This document shows positions 12,570 to 25,927 of a stretch of 60,000 nt of DNA, piece after piece. The translations under genes and the position numbers were made by a program. The stretch comes from Malacoraja senta (lineage: Eukaryota). The stretch lies in contig CM075988.1 in the NCBI GenBank assembly GCA_038087875.1, positions 6,450,001 through 6,510,000 on the forward strand, read 5' to 3'. Every line of letters begins with the position of its first letter. Position 1 is the first letter of the stretch. Below the pieces are notes generated by a model. It had not been told where the DNA came from. It saw nothing but the letters and a program-made list of their open reading frames with translations, and searched no databases.

Positions 12570-12805
12570 CTCAGTTTAATTTATTATGACGTGTACCGAG
12601 ATACAGTGAAAAGCGTTTGTTGCGTTTTAACCAGTCAGCGGAAAGAGAATACATGATCACACTCGAGCCATTTAGAGTGTATAGATAGATACATGATAAG
12701 GGAATAACGTTAGTACAAGGTAAAGCCAGTAAAGTCTGATCAAGGATAGTCCGAGGGTCACCAATGAGGTAGATAGTAGTTCAGGTCTGCTCTCTGGTTG
12801 TGGTA
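12570..12805 (-). mobile_element. Short LINE-tail repeat with (TAAAC)n end (Rex1-like); related copies near 22076-22345, 34258-34548, 55941-56412, 58265-59335
   Basis: Recurrent GTGTACCGAGGTACAGTGAAAAGC...GATAGTCCGAGGGTC...GAGGTAGATAGTAG motif. Confidence 0.65.
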
Positions 12806-13429
12806 GTCTTGAGCCTTTGCCCCAACATTCCTGGGATTCCTGCTATTGGGTCGGTCGTGGTCCGGTGGTGAGGCTGGATCTGATCATGTGGATGGGACGG
12901 GATCAGTAACCAACCGAGGCACTTGAAAAACTGCCTGAAAAAATGCACAAACAGACAAGAGCAGGAATGTGGCCGGAGGGGTGTTGACAGCTCAGAATCC
13001 ACCTGTCTTGTGGACCAAAGGGATGCGTGTCATGATGGATGTAGAGTTCAGTGTAGCCGACAGTCTCGGGGACTTGGCAGCTCTGATTGTGGATACGGTA
13101 ATCATTGATCCTCATGATGAAAGGAAGGTTGGACCTCTGTGGATTCCCAACTCCCTGCCTTGTTGAGGTTAGGCAAAAAGTCAAGTTGGTTTGATGAAAA
13201 TATTTTCCTCCATTCCACCTTTATTCTCTGAATAAAGAACTTAGACCTGGATACTTGTGGCAATGGCTGACACTTAGCAGGGAACTGTTGTTAATCATAA
13301 TCATAATCATAATCATACTTTATTAACCAAATATGTTTTGCAAATGAAAACAGACTTGCCCACTTATAGACAAAAGTGCTGGAGAAACTCAGTGGGTGCG
13401 GCATCATCTATGGAACGAAGGAAATAGGC

Positions 13430-13457
13430 AACGTTTCGGGCCGAAACCCTTCTTCAG
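13430..13457 (-). ncRNA. Minimal hammerhead ribozyme core (GUU type) in PLE repeat 13367-13460
   Basis: Minus strand CTGAAGA-AGGGTTTCGGCCC-GAAACGTT. Confidence 0.6.
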
Positions 13458-13673
13458 ACACATATAGTGCTCTTCACAGTTACAGGACAGACACTAAATT
13501 ACTTGTGATGGGTAATGTATGAAACGTGGCAGCTAATTCGTGCAGAGCAATCTCATACAAAGGGCAACAAAATGAGTAACCAAATAAACGATTCTAAATG
13601 TTTAATTGTGGTGCACATATTGACCGAATACCACTGAGAATTGTCATGTCCTTCATCAAATACTTCAACGTGG

Positions 13674-13979
13674 GGGCAGCACGGTGGTATAGCGGTAGAG
13701 TTGCTGTTTTACAGCGCCAGAGACCCAGGTTCGATACTGACTACGGGTTCTGTCTGTGCGGAGTTTGTACGGTCTCCCTGTGACCACGTGGGTTTCCTCC
13801 GGGTGCTCCGGTTTCCTCCCACATTCTAAAGACCTACAGGTTTGTAGATTAATTGGCTTCGGTAAAATTGTAAATTGTCTCTTGTTTGTAGGATAGCGCC
13901 AGTGTACGGGGATCGCCGGTCGGCGCGAGCTCGATGGGCCGAAGAGCCTGCTTCCACACTGTAGCTCTAAACTAAACTA
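13674..13979 (+). mobile_element. V-SINE (HE1-like)
   Basis: Full head, core and tail. Confidence 0.9.
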
Positions 13980-14712
13980 CTGTGTAGGAAGGAACTGCAG
14001 ATGCTGGTTTACACGAAAGATAGACATAAAATGCTGGAGTAACTAAACTACTGTTGTGGAATACTTTAAATACACCCGAGATAGTGGACAAAGTGTAATG
14101 CCTCGTGTGAAAGATGATCCTTCCTGCACTGAAACATTCCTCCAGTGCTTTGTTTTTTCACTCGAGATTCTACCCTTTCCTGTGTCCCCACTGCCACACT
14201 CCCTCAGCACGAGGCTGTGTGCTGCGTAACTTTGAGTGCAATCTCAGGAATGTTACTCGAGTCTTCTAACAGCCAGCACTGAAGCAAGGCCAACGAACGG
14301 GAAAATATTCCACAATTCTAGTTGTTATCTGCACTTGTACAATGAACAATTCCACACTGTCACCATTGTCACATGGTGGGTATTTTTGTCCTGATGCAAC
14401 TTCCAAGGAATGCTCTCTACGTTGTTTAGCTTGAGGCCTACTCCTTCTGGGTTGTGTTGTTTATGGGTGCAAGGGCCACAGAGGGGATTGAAGTTTGCTA
14501 TTCCAAAATTGCAGTAGATAATTACATAAGACGATGTTCAGCCCATCAAACTCCCCCTCCCAAATCCCTTTGGTTGGGAAATCATTCCAATCTTTTTTCT
14601 TTGCCGATCTCTCTCTCTGTGTAGAAACAATCCTAAAGATTAAATTTGCTTTGTGCACCCAAACCTGTATCCACCTTTTCCACTGCCACAGACAACATTA
14701 CAATGATCACTT

Positions 14713-15463
14713 GCGTAGCAAGGAACTGCAGATGCTGGTTTACACCGAAGATAGACACAAAATGCTAGAGTCGCTCAGTGGGACAGACAGCATCTCTGGA
14801 GAAAAGGAATGGGTGACGTTTCGGGTTGAGACCCTTCTTCAGATTGAATAATACAGAGAGTCGATATGTCAAGGAGGACTCTTTCGAACTTCTACAGGTG
14901 CACAGTAGAGAGCATGCTGACCGGTTGCATCGTGGCTTGGTTCGGCAACAGACAGAACCCGTAGTCAGGAGCGGAAAAGACTACAAAAAGTAGTAAACAC
15001 TGCCCAGTCCATCATCGGCTCTGACCTCCCTACCATATAGGGAATCTATCACAGTCGCTGCCTCAAAAAGGCTGGCAGCATCATTAAGGACCCACACCAT
15101 CCTGACCACACACTCATCTCCCTACTACCTTCAGGTAGAAGGTACGGGAGCCTGAAGACTGCAACGGCCAGGTTCAGAAATAGCTACTTCCCCACAGCCA
15201 TCAGGCTATTAAACTCAACTGAAACAAATCTCTGAACATTAATAGACCATTATCTGTTTATTTGCATTTTATCTGCTTATTTATTGATGTATGTATTTAT
15301 TTATATAATGGTATATGGACTCACTGATATGTTCTGCATTCAAGCCTACTATATTCTGTTGTGCTGAAGCAAAGCTAGAATGTCATTGTCCTATCTGGGA
15401 CACATGACAATAAACTCTCTTGACTTGACTTGACGAGTTACTCCAGCATTTTTTGTGTCTCTC
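14713..15463. mobile_element. PLE repeat containing a nested Rex1-type LINE 3' fragment (about 14860-15434, +)
   Basis: 14-bp TSD TACAATGATCACTT (14699-14712, 15464-15477). Nested piece encodes FYRCTVESMLTGCIVAWFG...KDPHHP...LPSGRRY...FRNSYFPTAIRLLN and ends in (CTTGA)n. Hammerhead core on minus strand at 14815-14842. Confidence 0.8.
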
Positions 15464-15714
15464 TACAATGATCACTTTTTTAACTTTCCAATCCTTGTGG
15501 TAATAATGTGGTGTGATTACTGCATGCACTCTCCTCAGGAATAACAGTGGTCACCAAAGCACACACTAACTTAATTCAAACATGCAATTACCGTACTTAA
15601 TTATTCTATGTATGTTTTTAGGGAAATGCCTGCTTCTCAAAGAGGTTGTTTTTGCCACATAGATTTACCTGACCAAGGATGTCACAAGAAACTGTGCAGA
15701 CACTGGATTACTAA

Positions 15715-16090
15715 AAAAAAGAGGCAAAGTGCTGGAGTAACTCAACGGGTCAGGCAGCATCTCAAAATGATCTCTGATGAAGGGTCCCGACCTGAAACAT
15801 CATCCATCCATGTTCTCCAGAGATGCTGAAGATAGACGCAAAAGCCTGGATCAGGCACGATCCCTGGAAAAAAGGGATAGGTGACGTTTCGGATCGAGAC
15901 CCTTCTTCAGTCTGATGAAGGGCCTCGACCCCGAAAAATCACCTATTCCTTTTCTCCAGAGATGCTGTCTGACCCGCTGAGTTACTCCAGTTTTTTGTAT
16001 CTATCTTCAGTTTAAACCAGCATCTTCCTACACATATTCTCCAGAGATGCTGCCTGAAGCGCTGAGTTACTCCAGCACTTTGTGTCCTCT
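15715..16090. mobile_element. Cluster of PLE repeats with back-to-back hammerhead cores
   Basis: CTGATGA cores at 15774 (+) and 15912 (+); intact minus core at 15883-15910. Confidence 0.75.
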
Positions 16091-17267
16091 TTACCTGAAT
16101 GGTGTACAGGGTCACAGTGGACTGTCTCCTCCATGGGGCTGTGCTTCATGGCAGTGCAGTAACATAGAAACATAGAACATAGGTGCAGGAGTAGGCCATT
16201 CGGCCCTTCGAGCCAGCACCACCATTCAATATGATCATGGCTGGTCATCCAAAATCAGTACCCCATTCCGGCTTTTTCCCCATGTCCCGTGATTCCCTTA
16301 GCCCTAAGAGCTAAATCTAACTCTCTCACCCTCTTCCCTAAAGTACTCCCTCACCCCTGCACCAAATGATCAAGCCAGATGGTTGTTGCTGAAATCTCAG
16401 AAGTCCACGAAGCCTTCTGACTCAGAGGTAAGCGTGCAGTTTGTTGACCCACAGTGACGCACTGTGGGAGAGGGGAACGGAACTGTTATTTTATTTGATG
16501 AAGGGGGGGGGGTGAGGCTAATTATAGCAGTGAAGCCACAGTCCAAACACAGGGCAGTTCACTCGGTGCAGCCCGGAAACTGAAGCTGGCACCTTGCCTG
16601 CGTGTGTGAGCCAAACAGCCAGTGACCCTAGTCAAACATGCCAGAGAGACACGACTTCTCAAAGCTACAAACAAGTTGTAATTAAGTAAATAAAACCAAT
16701 TCTATTCAAAGGATTAAACAACCTGACAGGGGCATCTCTCACTGCAGCCTGATATCCTTTAATTCAATTTATTTTCATTCTTCTCTCCCTTTGCATGGTA
16801 ATCCTCCTAAATCCTCTGACAATGTTAAAAATTACAATTGAAGAACATTTTATGTCTGTTTGTGTGCTGTGTTTGCTTTTGTTTCTCTTCAATTAACACT
16901 CAGGCTCCACTTTCCATTCAAGTTCCCAGACCCGTATTACAGTCGGTGCTGCTGTTGAAACTCCTGTTATCAGAGATTAGCCACCACCACTCCTGTAGCA
17001 AGTGTCTTCTGGCTCCAGTGCATTCATCCAGTCCTCACTTCCCAGTTGATTGATTTGTTAGTCCCAGTGTCATCGCTAGGATTTCCGTAAAGTCCAAAAG
17101 TGAGTATGTGAACTTTATCCTTGTGTGAGATGTGTAAAAGATCTGACTGTGCATAGATCCCTTCTGCCCTAAATCAGGCTGTGCCCAGATTGCTTTTATT
17201 TGTGGTACTGAACCGGTGTACAGTGATGTCCTTGCATCGTTCAAATGAATTGAAACTTCATACCAGT

Positions 17268-17765
17268 CGCAGAGTGGCGCAGTGATGCAGCGGGTAGAGC
17301 TGCTGTCTCACAATGCCAGAGATCCTTGTTCAATCCTGGTCTCGGGTGCTGTCTGTGTGGAGTTTGCGCATTCTCCATGTGACTGCGTTTGTTACTTCTG
17401 GGTGCTCCGGTTTTCCTCCCACATCCCAAATACGTGCAGGTTTGTAGGATAAATGGCCTCTGTAAAATTGCCCCTAGTGTGTAGGGAGTGGATGAGAAAG
17501 TGGGATGAGATGGAAAACAAAGGGGGATCTGGCGTGGGGGACCTGGCGTGGGGGACCGCTGAGAGAACAAAGGGGGGTCATTGGGAACTAAATGGAATAC
17601 TTTGTAACTTTGTTGGCAGCTTATGTAGCTACAAGGAATCGCACTGTGACTTGTCACAAGTAATAATAATGTATCATTCATTCATTCAACTAGTGTGAGC
17701 GGGTGATTGATGGTCAACGTGGACTCGATTGGCTAAATGGTCTGTTTCCATGCTTTAGCTCTAAA
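17268..17765 (+). mobile_element. V-SINE with an internal ~180-nt insertion
   Basis: Head 17268-17505 and tail 17688-17765. Confidence 0.75.
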
Positions 17766-17927
17766 CATTCAACCTACATATAACCAACTTTGATTGTGAT
17801 TGGAGACATTTCCACGATCAGATAGTTATTAACCTCTGACTTAGATTTGCCATGGACACCCAATGTCTTCAGGTACTTTCCTGAGAACCTTCCCAGTCCT
17901 GGGTCATAGCCAGAGAGAGAGAGAGAT

Positions 17928-18295
17928 ACAGAAAACAGGCCCTTCAGACCATCAATTCCATATCGGCCATCAACCACCCGTTTTACACTCATCCTACATT
18001 AAACCCATTTATTTAATTCTCCCCACATTTTCATCAACTCCTAGATTCCCCCACTCACCTATACACCAGAGGCAATATATGGTGCCAATAAACCCTCCAA
18101 CACACACATCCTTGTGATGCGTTTCAGTTTAGTTTATTTAGTTCATGTGTACAGAGTTACAGTGAAACCAGGGCACCGGAGGAAACTCACACCGTCACAG
18201 GGAGAACATGCAAACTCCGCACGGACAGCAGCTGAGGTCAGGATTGAACCTGGGTCTCCGGTGCTGTGAGGCAGCCACTCTACCGGCCGCACCTC
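17928..18295 (-). mobile_element. Diverged V-SINE
   Basis: Reverse complement of family head and tail. Confidence 0.7.
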
Positions 18296-19085
18296 TGTTC
18301 ATTCAAAGCACAGATCAATACATGTCTGGATATTAAGGGAGACACATGGTTAGGAGTTAGTGCAGGAAAATGGAGCAGGGGTAAGTGATCAGGCACAGTG
18401 TGGATGAATGACAGAGCCTGCTGACAGGTCTGGAGAACCTGCTCTTGTTCTATCAGCCTGCAGAAGGATTCCCACCCACAACAAAACCCGATCCATTCCC
18501 TCCACAGATAGGCTCACAGAGTGATACAGTGTGGAAACAGGCCCTTCGGCCCAACTTGCCAACACCAGCCAACATGTCCCAGCGACACTAGTCCCACCTG
18601 CCTGCGCTTGGTCCATATCCCTCCAAACTTGTCCTATCCATGTGCCTGTCTAACTGTTTCTTAATCATTGCAATAGTCCCAGCCTCAACTACCTCCTCTG
18701 GCACCTTGTTCCATACAGCCACCACCAATACACGGTACACATGTCAGATGCTGCCTGACCCACTGAGTTACTCCAGCACTTTGTGTTTTACGCAAGATTA
18801 AAGCACCTGCGAGCTCTGCGGTTACTTTTCCCTCTGGGCTAGTCAGCTGCAATCCTGCACTTTGGTGGATCTGAATAATGAACCCACTACCTGGTGCTGA
18901 TGGCAGCGACTTACCCCCCAGCAACTCAGTTCTGCTGAGGAATCCACAATTGGGAAAGAGAAGTAAGAGTGGAAACTATCGAAGGTAGACAGTGGGTTGG
19001 TGCAACGGTGTAAAGTGAGTCTTGGCAAATCATCAGCATACCTAATAGCTCTCTTCCGCTTCACTCCCAGTGACATTAGTGCAGG

Positions 19086-19275
19086 TAGACAAAAATGCTG
19101 GAGAAATTCAGCGGGTGAGGCAGCATCTATGGAGCGAAGGAAATAGGCAACGTTTCGGGTCGAACGACCCGAAAAGTTGCCTATTTCCTTCGCTCCATAG
19201 ATGCTGCCTCACTCACTGAGTTTCTCCAGCATTTTTGTCTACCTTCGATTTTCCAGCATCTGCAGTTCCCTCTTA
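19086..19275. mobile_element. Palindromic Penelope-derived element (GUU subfamily)
   Basis: 14-bp TSD GACATTAGTGCAGG (19072-19085, 19276-19289). Confidence 0.85.
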
Positions 19276-19536
19276 GACATTAGTGCAGGGATGTGTAACG
19301 CAAGGCTGACAATACACTGGAGCCCATTTCACACAACCACACTGAAAAAATCTATGCCCTGGCTTCACACTGGAGTCACAACCATTGAACTAATCTTCCA
19401 ACCCCTCCTCATCCCCATGCTCCACATCTCGATTCAACGCTGGGAACAGTCCAATAGCATTGATGGGAATTTTTCCCACTAGGATCGGGCAACAGAAATT
19501 AAAGTCTTAACAATGCAAGTTTTCTAGCCCTATGTG

Positions 19537-19841
19537 CAGCATGGTGGCACAGCGGTAGAGTTGCTGCCTTCCAGAACCAGAGACCCGGGTTCAATCCTGA
19601 CTACGGGTGCTGTCTGTGCAGAGTTTGTACATTCTACCCGTGACCTGCGTGGGTTTTCTCTGGGTGCTCCGGTTTCCTCCCACACTCCAACGATGTACAG
19701 GTTTGTAGGCAAATTGGCTTGGTATAATTGTAAATTGTCCCTAGTGTGTGTAGGATAGTGTAAGTGTGTGGGGATCGCTGGTCAGCGCTGACTCGGTGGG
19801 CCGAAGGGCCTGTTTCCATGCTGTGTCTGTAAACTAAACTA
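19537..19841 (+). mobile_element. V-SINE (HE1-like)
   Basis: Full-length copy, followed by a PLE piece with CTGAAGA core at 19848. Confidence 0.9.
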
Positions 19842-20059
19842 GAAGGTCTGAAGAAGGGGTCTTGACCCGAAATGTCACCCATTCCTTCTCTCCAGAGATG
19901 CTGCCTGTCCTGCTGAGTTAGTCCAGCTTTTTGTGTCTATCTTCACTTAAGAATTTATTGTGTCGGCCAGAATAAGTGAAATAAAAAACTGTGTTGGGGT
20001 ATAAATAGGAGTAAATTCCAACCGTTTGGAAAATATGCCCACACCATGGCCACTAAAGT

Positions 20060-20445
20060 CCTGGGAATGTTCGGAGGATGAAGGAGGCCCTCATTGAAAC
20101 TTACCAAATAGTGAAAGGCCTGGAGTGGGTGTGGAGAGGATGTCTAGTGTGAGAGTCTAGAACCTGAGGGCATAGCCTCAGAATAAAAGGATGTACCTTT
20201 AGAAAGAAGAGGAGGAGGAATTTCTTTAGTCAGGGGGTGGTGAATCTGTGGAATTCATTGCCACAGACGGCTGTGGAGGACGTCATGGTTTTTTTTAAAG
20301 GCGCAGATTCTTGATAGGAAGCATAGCAAGAGTAATGAGGAGAAGGCAGGAGAATGGGGTTAGGAGGGAAAGATAGAACAGCTGTTATTGAATGGTGGAG
20401 TGGACTTGAGTCAAATGGCCTAATTCTGCTCCTTGAATTCATGAA
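20060..20445 (+). mobile_element. CR1 LINE 3' fragment
   Basis: GHSLRIKG...FFSQGVVNLWNSLPQ remnants and 3' UTR. Confidence 0.8.
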
Positions 20446-20990
20446 CGCTGCATTGTCAGAGTTTTATGCTCTGGACCAACGAGAAGGAAATATATTGTAT
20501 TTAAAAAACTGGCATCAGAGTGTTGCAGGTGGCAGAGCTAGTGCCACATGGCACCATATACCGGGTTGGATCCTGACCGTGGGTGCTGCCTATGTGGAGT
20601 TTGCATGTTCTTCCTGTGACCACGTGGGTTTCCTCCAGGTGCTCCGGTTTCCTCCCACTTCCAAAAGACATGTGGTCTCAGCAAATTGCCCCCAGTTTGT
20701 AGGGAATGGGATGACATAGAACTAATGTGAAGGGATGATCAATGGTCAGCGTGGACCTTGTGGGTTGAAAGGCCTGTTTCTATAATTTATCTCTAAACTT
20801 TAAAAATCCAGGAGAAAGCAAACCGCTGGAGAACTCAGCTGGTCAGGCAACATTTGCGGAGGGAATGGACAAACAACATTTTGAGTTGGGACATTAGTAA
20901 ACTGTTCCTACATATATGTTTTGCACATATTGCTTCCATGTCGTATCTATGGTCGGTTACATGCATTCCATAGAATGTATGGGTAAGGTA

Positions 20991-21202
20991 GATAATACAA
21001 AAAGCTGGAGTAACTCAGCAGGACAGGCAGCATTTCTGTAGCGAAGGAATGGGTGATGTTTCAGGTCGAGACCCTTCTTCAGACTCGACCCGAAACGTCA
21101 CCTATTCCTTCTCTCCAGAGATGCTGCCTGTCCCGCTGAGTTACTCCAGCTTTTTGTGTCTATCTTCGGTTTAAACCAGCACCTGCAGTTCCATCCTACA
21201 CA
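20991..21202. mobile_element. Palindromic PLE repeat (GUC subfamily)
   Basis: Fold-back arms, approximate TSD TATGGG(G)TAAGGTA. A similar element lies at about 21755-21965. Confidence 0.8.
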
Positions 21203-22811
21203 TATGGGGTAAGGTACATGTTTTTGTTGATCCTCCAGTAAGATATTGGATGTAGAAAGTGGATGCTGTGCAGAATTATTTATTTAATCTCGGTGCTTGA
21301 GTGACATGTGGATTTATTTATCTGTGCAACTGGAACACAATATGAGGCTTTTGCTTTGCTCAACATCACCGCCTTGTTTATAATTCTGCCCTGTTTAAGT
21401 GCGATCACCTCTGCCTGTCTGCTTGAGTCAGGCGGTATGAGGCGAATCCCCCTCAGGTGATTTAAGGAGGTTCCTTACAAGAGGCCGAGTGGTTTCCTGT
21501 TGACGGGAAGAGTCCTGTGGAATGCACCCAGGTACTCAGAACCCTCAAAAAAAATCTCCGCCATCATCTGTCTTTTAAACTCCTGGGGGACAGATTAGCC
21601 TGACTGCGACAAAAAAAAATACAAAGAGGATTTTCTTCGACAGAAACGCAGTGATGTCAAGGCTGGGGGACACCTGGCTTCAGGCAGCAGTGAGCAACCT
21701 GCCCTTTACCAACTGCTCCCAGTGGCTTCATACTTACTGTGACACACTGGGGCAGGCACAAAAAGCTGGAGTAACTCAGCGGGACAGGCAGCATCTCTGG
21801 AGGAAAGGAACGGGTGACGCTTAGGGTCGAGAAGTCTGAAGAAGGGTCTCGACCTGAAACATCACCCATTCCTTCTCTCCAGAGATGCTGCCTGTCCCGC
21901 TGAGTTACTCCAGCTTTTTGTGTCTATCTTCAGTTTAAACCAGCATCTGCAGCTCCTTCCTACACACGGGGGCAGTTCGAGTATGGACAGGGCAAAAACG
22001 CTCGGGCACAGGGCAGCCAGTACATGTGTGGGGGTCTTTGAATGCCATAGGGATCTCTCACTCTCTCTCTCATATTGTTTAGTTTAGTTTTGATTACATT
22101 AGTTTGTTGTCACGTGTACTGAGGTACAGTGAAAAGCTTTTTGTTGTGTGCTAACCAGTCAGCGGAAGGACAATGCATGATTACAATCGACCCATCCACA
22201 GTGTACAGATACATGATAAAGGGAATATTTTAGTGCAAGATAAAATCCAGTAAAGTCTGATTCAAGATAGTGCGAGGGTCTCTAATGAGGTAGATAGTAG
22301 CTCAGGACTGCTCTCTAGTTGGTAGATGTTCCCGTTGACTGACAGCAGCTCTCTCTATCTTTTGTTTTTGCTTTCTATCACTATAAAACACTTTCTATAA
22401 AACACTCTTGACTCTTGATACATCACCCTACCCTGACGTCATCTACTGCTGCAGTTTTCTCTTGCGACATTTCTCCATCTGCTTCCTCAACCCTCGGCAT
22501 TATATTTCCCCCCTTCACTTTCCCCCATTTGCTTCAGTCTTCCTCCACTTTTTCCCATGTCTCCCGAGTTGTATTTTCCAATGTCCTTATTTAGAATTTT
22601 TCCGTTACAGTTTCCTCTCACCATCACTGTGCTGTGATCTGTGGTTCCTCACCTTCTGTTCTCTCCCGTTTCTCCTCTGGTTTGTCTTCAATGTTTCCCC
22701 TCTTTCACTTGTATTCCCTCTTTAATTGTTTCCATTTCTTTAGATTTTCTATTTCTGTATCACTCCTGTTTTCAATCACGCACCACCTCTTGCTCTTGGT
22801 CCCTTTTGCAG

Positions 22812-23600
22812 CTCACACACACGCACACACACAGCGCACTCACACACTGCACACACACACACACAAACACTGCATGCATGCACACACACTGCACACACAC
22901 ACAGCGCACTCACACACTACACACACACACAAACACTGCATGCATGCACACACACTGCACACACACAGCGCACTCACACACTGCACACACACACACACAC
23001 AAACACTGCATGCATGCACACACACTGCACACACACACAGTGCACACACGCACAGCACACACACACACACAAACACTGCATGCATGCACACACTGCACAC
23101 ACACACACGCACACAGTGCACACACACACTGCACACAACATGCACAAACACGGCATGCATGCGCACACACTGCACACACACTCTGCACACTCAGTGCACA
23201 CACACACACACTCTGCACAGTCAGTGCGCGCACACTGCATACGCACACCTGCACACACACACACACACACACAGCTACACACACATACAGCAAACATCCA
23301 CACACCCAGCGTGCACACATTGCACACTGACACACGCACACGTTTTGCAGACACACACCATGCACACCCACATACGCACTGCACATGCACACATACACAT
23401 GCACTGCAAACACTCACACTCCCCACACACATTGGACACACATACTTTGCGCACATTCATACACTGTTTATGCAGCAGACACGTTGCACACATACAACTC
23501 ACACTATGTACATACAACGGATGCACACCATATACACACAGCATTGGCACACACAACACACGCACACATACTCCAGATATATCCGCACATACAGACGTGC
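22812..23600. repeat. CA-based compound micro/minisatellite
   Basis: Recurring unit CACACAAACACTGCATGCATGCACACACACTG, degenerating distally. Confidence 0.95.
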
Positions 23601-23760
23601 AAATGCGCAAATCCTTGATGTATCATCACAGCAGACGAGTCTGGACAGAAGGCGCTGGCAGTCGGTGGGCTGGCCCGTCTCATTCAGCGGGGTGTGTAGA
23701 GCGGAGAGTGAGAGTGTCAGCGGGCACACCAGCCTCGCTCAGCTCACAGCATCTCCGCTA

Positions 23761-23885
23761 GTGTGTGTGTGTGTGTGTGTGTGCGTGTGCGTGTGCGTGT
23801 GCGTGTGCGTGGGCGTGGGCGTGGGTGTGTGGGTGTGGGTGTGTGTGTGTGTGTGTGTGTGGTGTGGGTGGGTGTGTGTGTGTGT

Positions 23886-23916
<31 letters not shown>
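23761..23916. repeat. (TG)n microsatellite
   Basis: Direct inspection. Confidence 0.97.
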
Positions 23917-24555
23917 AGCCCTCTGTATGCCCGTGCCCATCACACGGGGGCCGCCGCAGGTTCTTGTAACGCCGACTTCTTTAACCTGCTGCTGTTTTAC
24001 AAGGGCATGTTTTTCATTATTTATTCCCAGATTTTTATTGCATTGTAAATAGTTGTGGGGGGGCTGTTCGATCGCAGGAGAAAAGGTGGGACGGAGAGGC
24101 GCCGAGACAGTGGGACACGGGGCGGGAGCCGGGGGCAGAATAAGGGGGGGGGACAGTGATCAGGCGAGGGGCTGGGGTCTCACCCCCCCCCCCACCAAGA
24201 GTGGGGGCCACTGAGAGGGTTGGGGTAAGGGGGAGAATGGGACAAGCCAGGGAATAATGTGGTGAGAAGCAACGGGGGCGAGTGGACAGGAGGAAAAGAA
24301 TTGAAGGACGGAAGGGGTGAGAGGGAAAGAGAGAAGAGGGAAAATGAAGGGTAAATAATAATAATAATGGGAGGCGAGGCAGATGCCGGGGGAGGGGGGG
24401 GGTAGGTGTGGAAGTTGACACAGGGACTGTGGGCTACGAGATGCCTCGGATCAGGGGCGGTGAGACCCAGCCTGAGTAGATGCATCCCCCGGACTCATGC
24501 ACCCCTCACTCAGTCTCTCCGTGAGCTGATACTGACCCTCCCTCGGTCTCTTCCC

Positions 24556-24878
24556 CTGCAGATGCACCTCTCTTTCCGCCGATACACCCCTCCCCAGACC
24601 CTCTCTCTGCAGATACACCCCTCTCTCTGCAGATACACCCCTCCCCAGACCCTCTCTCTACAGATACACCCTCCCTGGCCAGATACACCCCTCTCTCTGC
24701 AGATACACCCCTCCCCAGACCCTCTCTCTGCAGGTACACCCTCTCTCTGCAGATACACCCCTCCCCAGACCCTCTCTCTGCAGATACACCCCTCCCCAGA
24801 CCCTCTCTCTGCAGATACACCCCTCTCTCTGCAGATACACCCCTCCCCAGACCCTCTCTCTGCAGATACACCCCTCCC
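24556..24878. repeat. Minisatellite CTGCAGATACACCCCTC(CCCAGACCCTC)TCT
   Basis: Alternating ~21 and ~31 nt units. Confidence 0.95.
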
Positions 24879-25927
24879 TCAGGTAGCCCTCGGACTCTGT
24901 GCCGCGACTGGGGCTGAACTCTACTTGGGTTCACCGGCATTTAAAGTGGCTAATGATGAATTTAGTACAAGACTGTAGCCTTTGTTCAGCCTCCACATCT
25001 GTTTTCTCTTAAAGCAGCGTAGACTGAAATAATGTTTTTCACCCCTTACGCTGTGAAGGCAATAAATTATTGCCGAGTACCCCGCTCGCAAGCGGGCGAA
25101 CGAGCGAGAAGCCAGTGAGAGTGTTTGAACTTCCTTGCTGTGATCGCCCTTCATTAAAGCGGTAAATGCTGTGTTTCACAGTGCCCGGCCCTGACGGCAG
25201 CTACATGACAGCAACTGCGGACTGTCGGAGGGTCACGTCAGACCCATAAGAGGCGGGATCAAGATTCACTTTTGCGAAAGTAGTTCTTGGAGGCATTTGG
25301 ACCCGACTGTCCGACCAACTCGGTAAGTGCCCCGTTTGTTTTATGCCTTGTTGTGAGATTAATATCCGCTCCTTCCCCTTGAGGTACAGAATACCAGCGT
25401 TGTTGAATAAGAAGGCATGTGTTTAAACCGGGATTGTACTCCAATGCAGACCGATGTTTGTTTAAGGGCTATTGTTCTGACGCCTGTTAACCCCCTGTAT
25501 AGAGCCGATTAAATAACAATGTGTTCGGGACATGGACTGGGCTGTTAGTTGTCGGGGCGTTGGTGTGTGTTGTGTTGTTAGAGTCCCTGCTCTGTATAGT
25601 ATTAAGGCTTTAGTTTAGTGATATTGTCAACTATGATAGACACACACATAATGCTGGAGGAACTCAGTGGGACAGGCAGCATCTCTGGAGACAAGGAATG
25701 GGAGACATTTCGGGTCGAGACCCTTCTTTGGACAACTATCTAATCGGGATCTGTTTTTTTCATTTAAACAGCAATTTCCTCTGTGGAACGATTTGCCCCT
25801 AATGGAGCAATTTCTGGGCTGAGAGGAAGTTTACAGGGAGGGTTTTTTTGCTGACAGGCAGCGTGGTGACACTGTCAAACAGCCGCGGACACAGAGGTGC
25901 GCTCCACCCTCCATCTGCCTAGATCAG

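Larger units (their letters stand above)
23600..25600. promoter_or_regulatory. CpG-enriched, promoter-like region
   Basis: Unique GC/CpG-rich sequence, GC boxes (GGGGCGGG about 24118), CRE/E-box-like GTCACGTCA at about 25232, and consensus donor CG|GTAAGT at 25322/25323. Confidence 0.5.

Noticed and set aside
24556..24878. Regular repeat array resembling CRISPR
   Set aside because: No unique spacers; a eukaryotic minisatellite.
24953..25027. C box ATGATGA and D box CTGA spaced like a C/D snoRNA
   Set aside because: No terminal stem and no recognisable rRNA antisense element.
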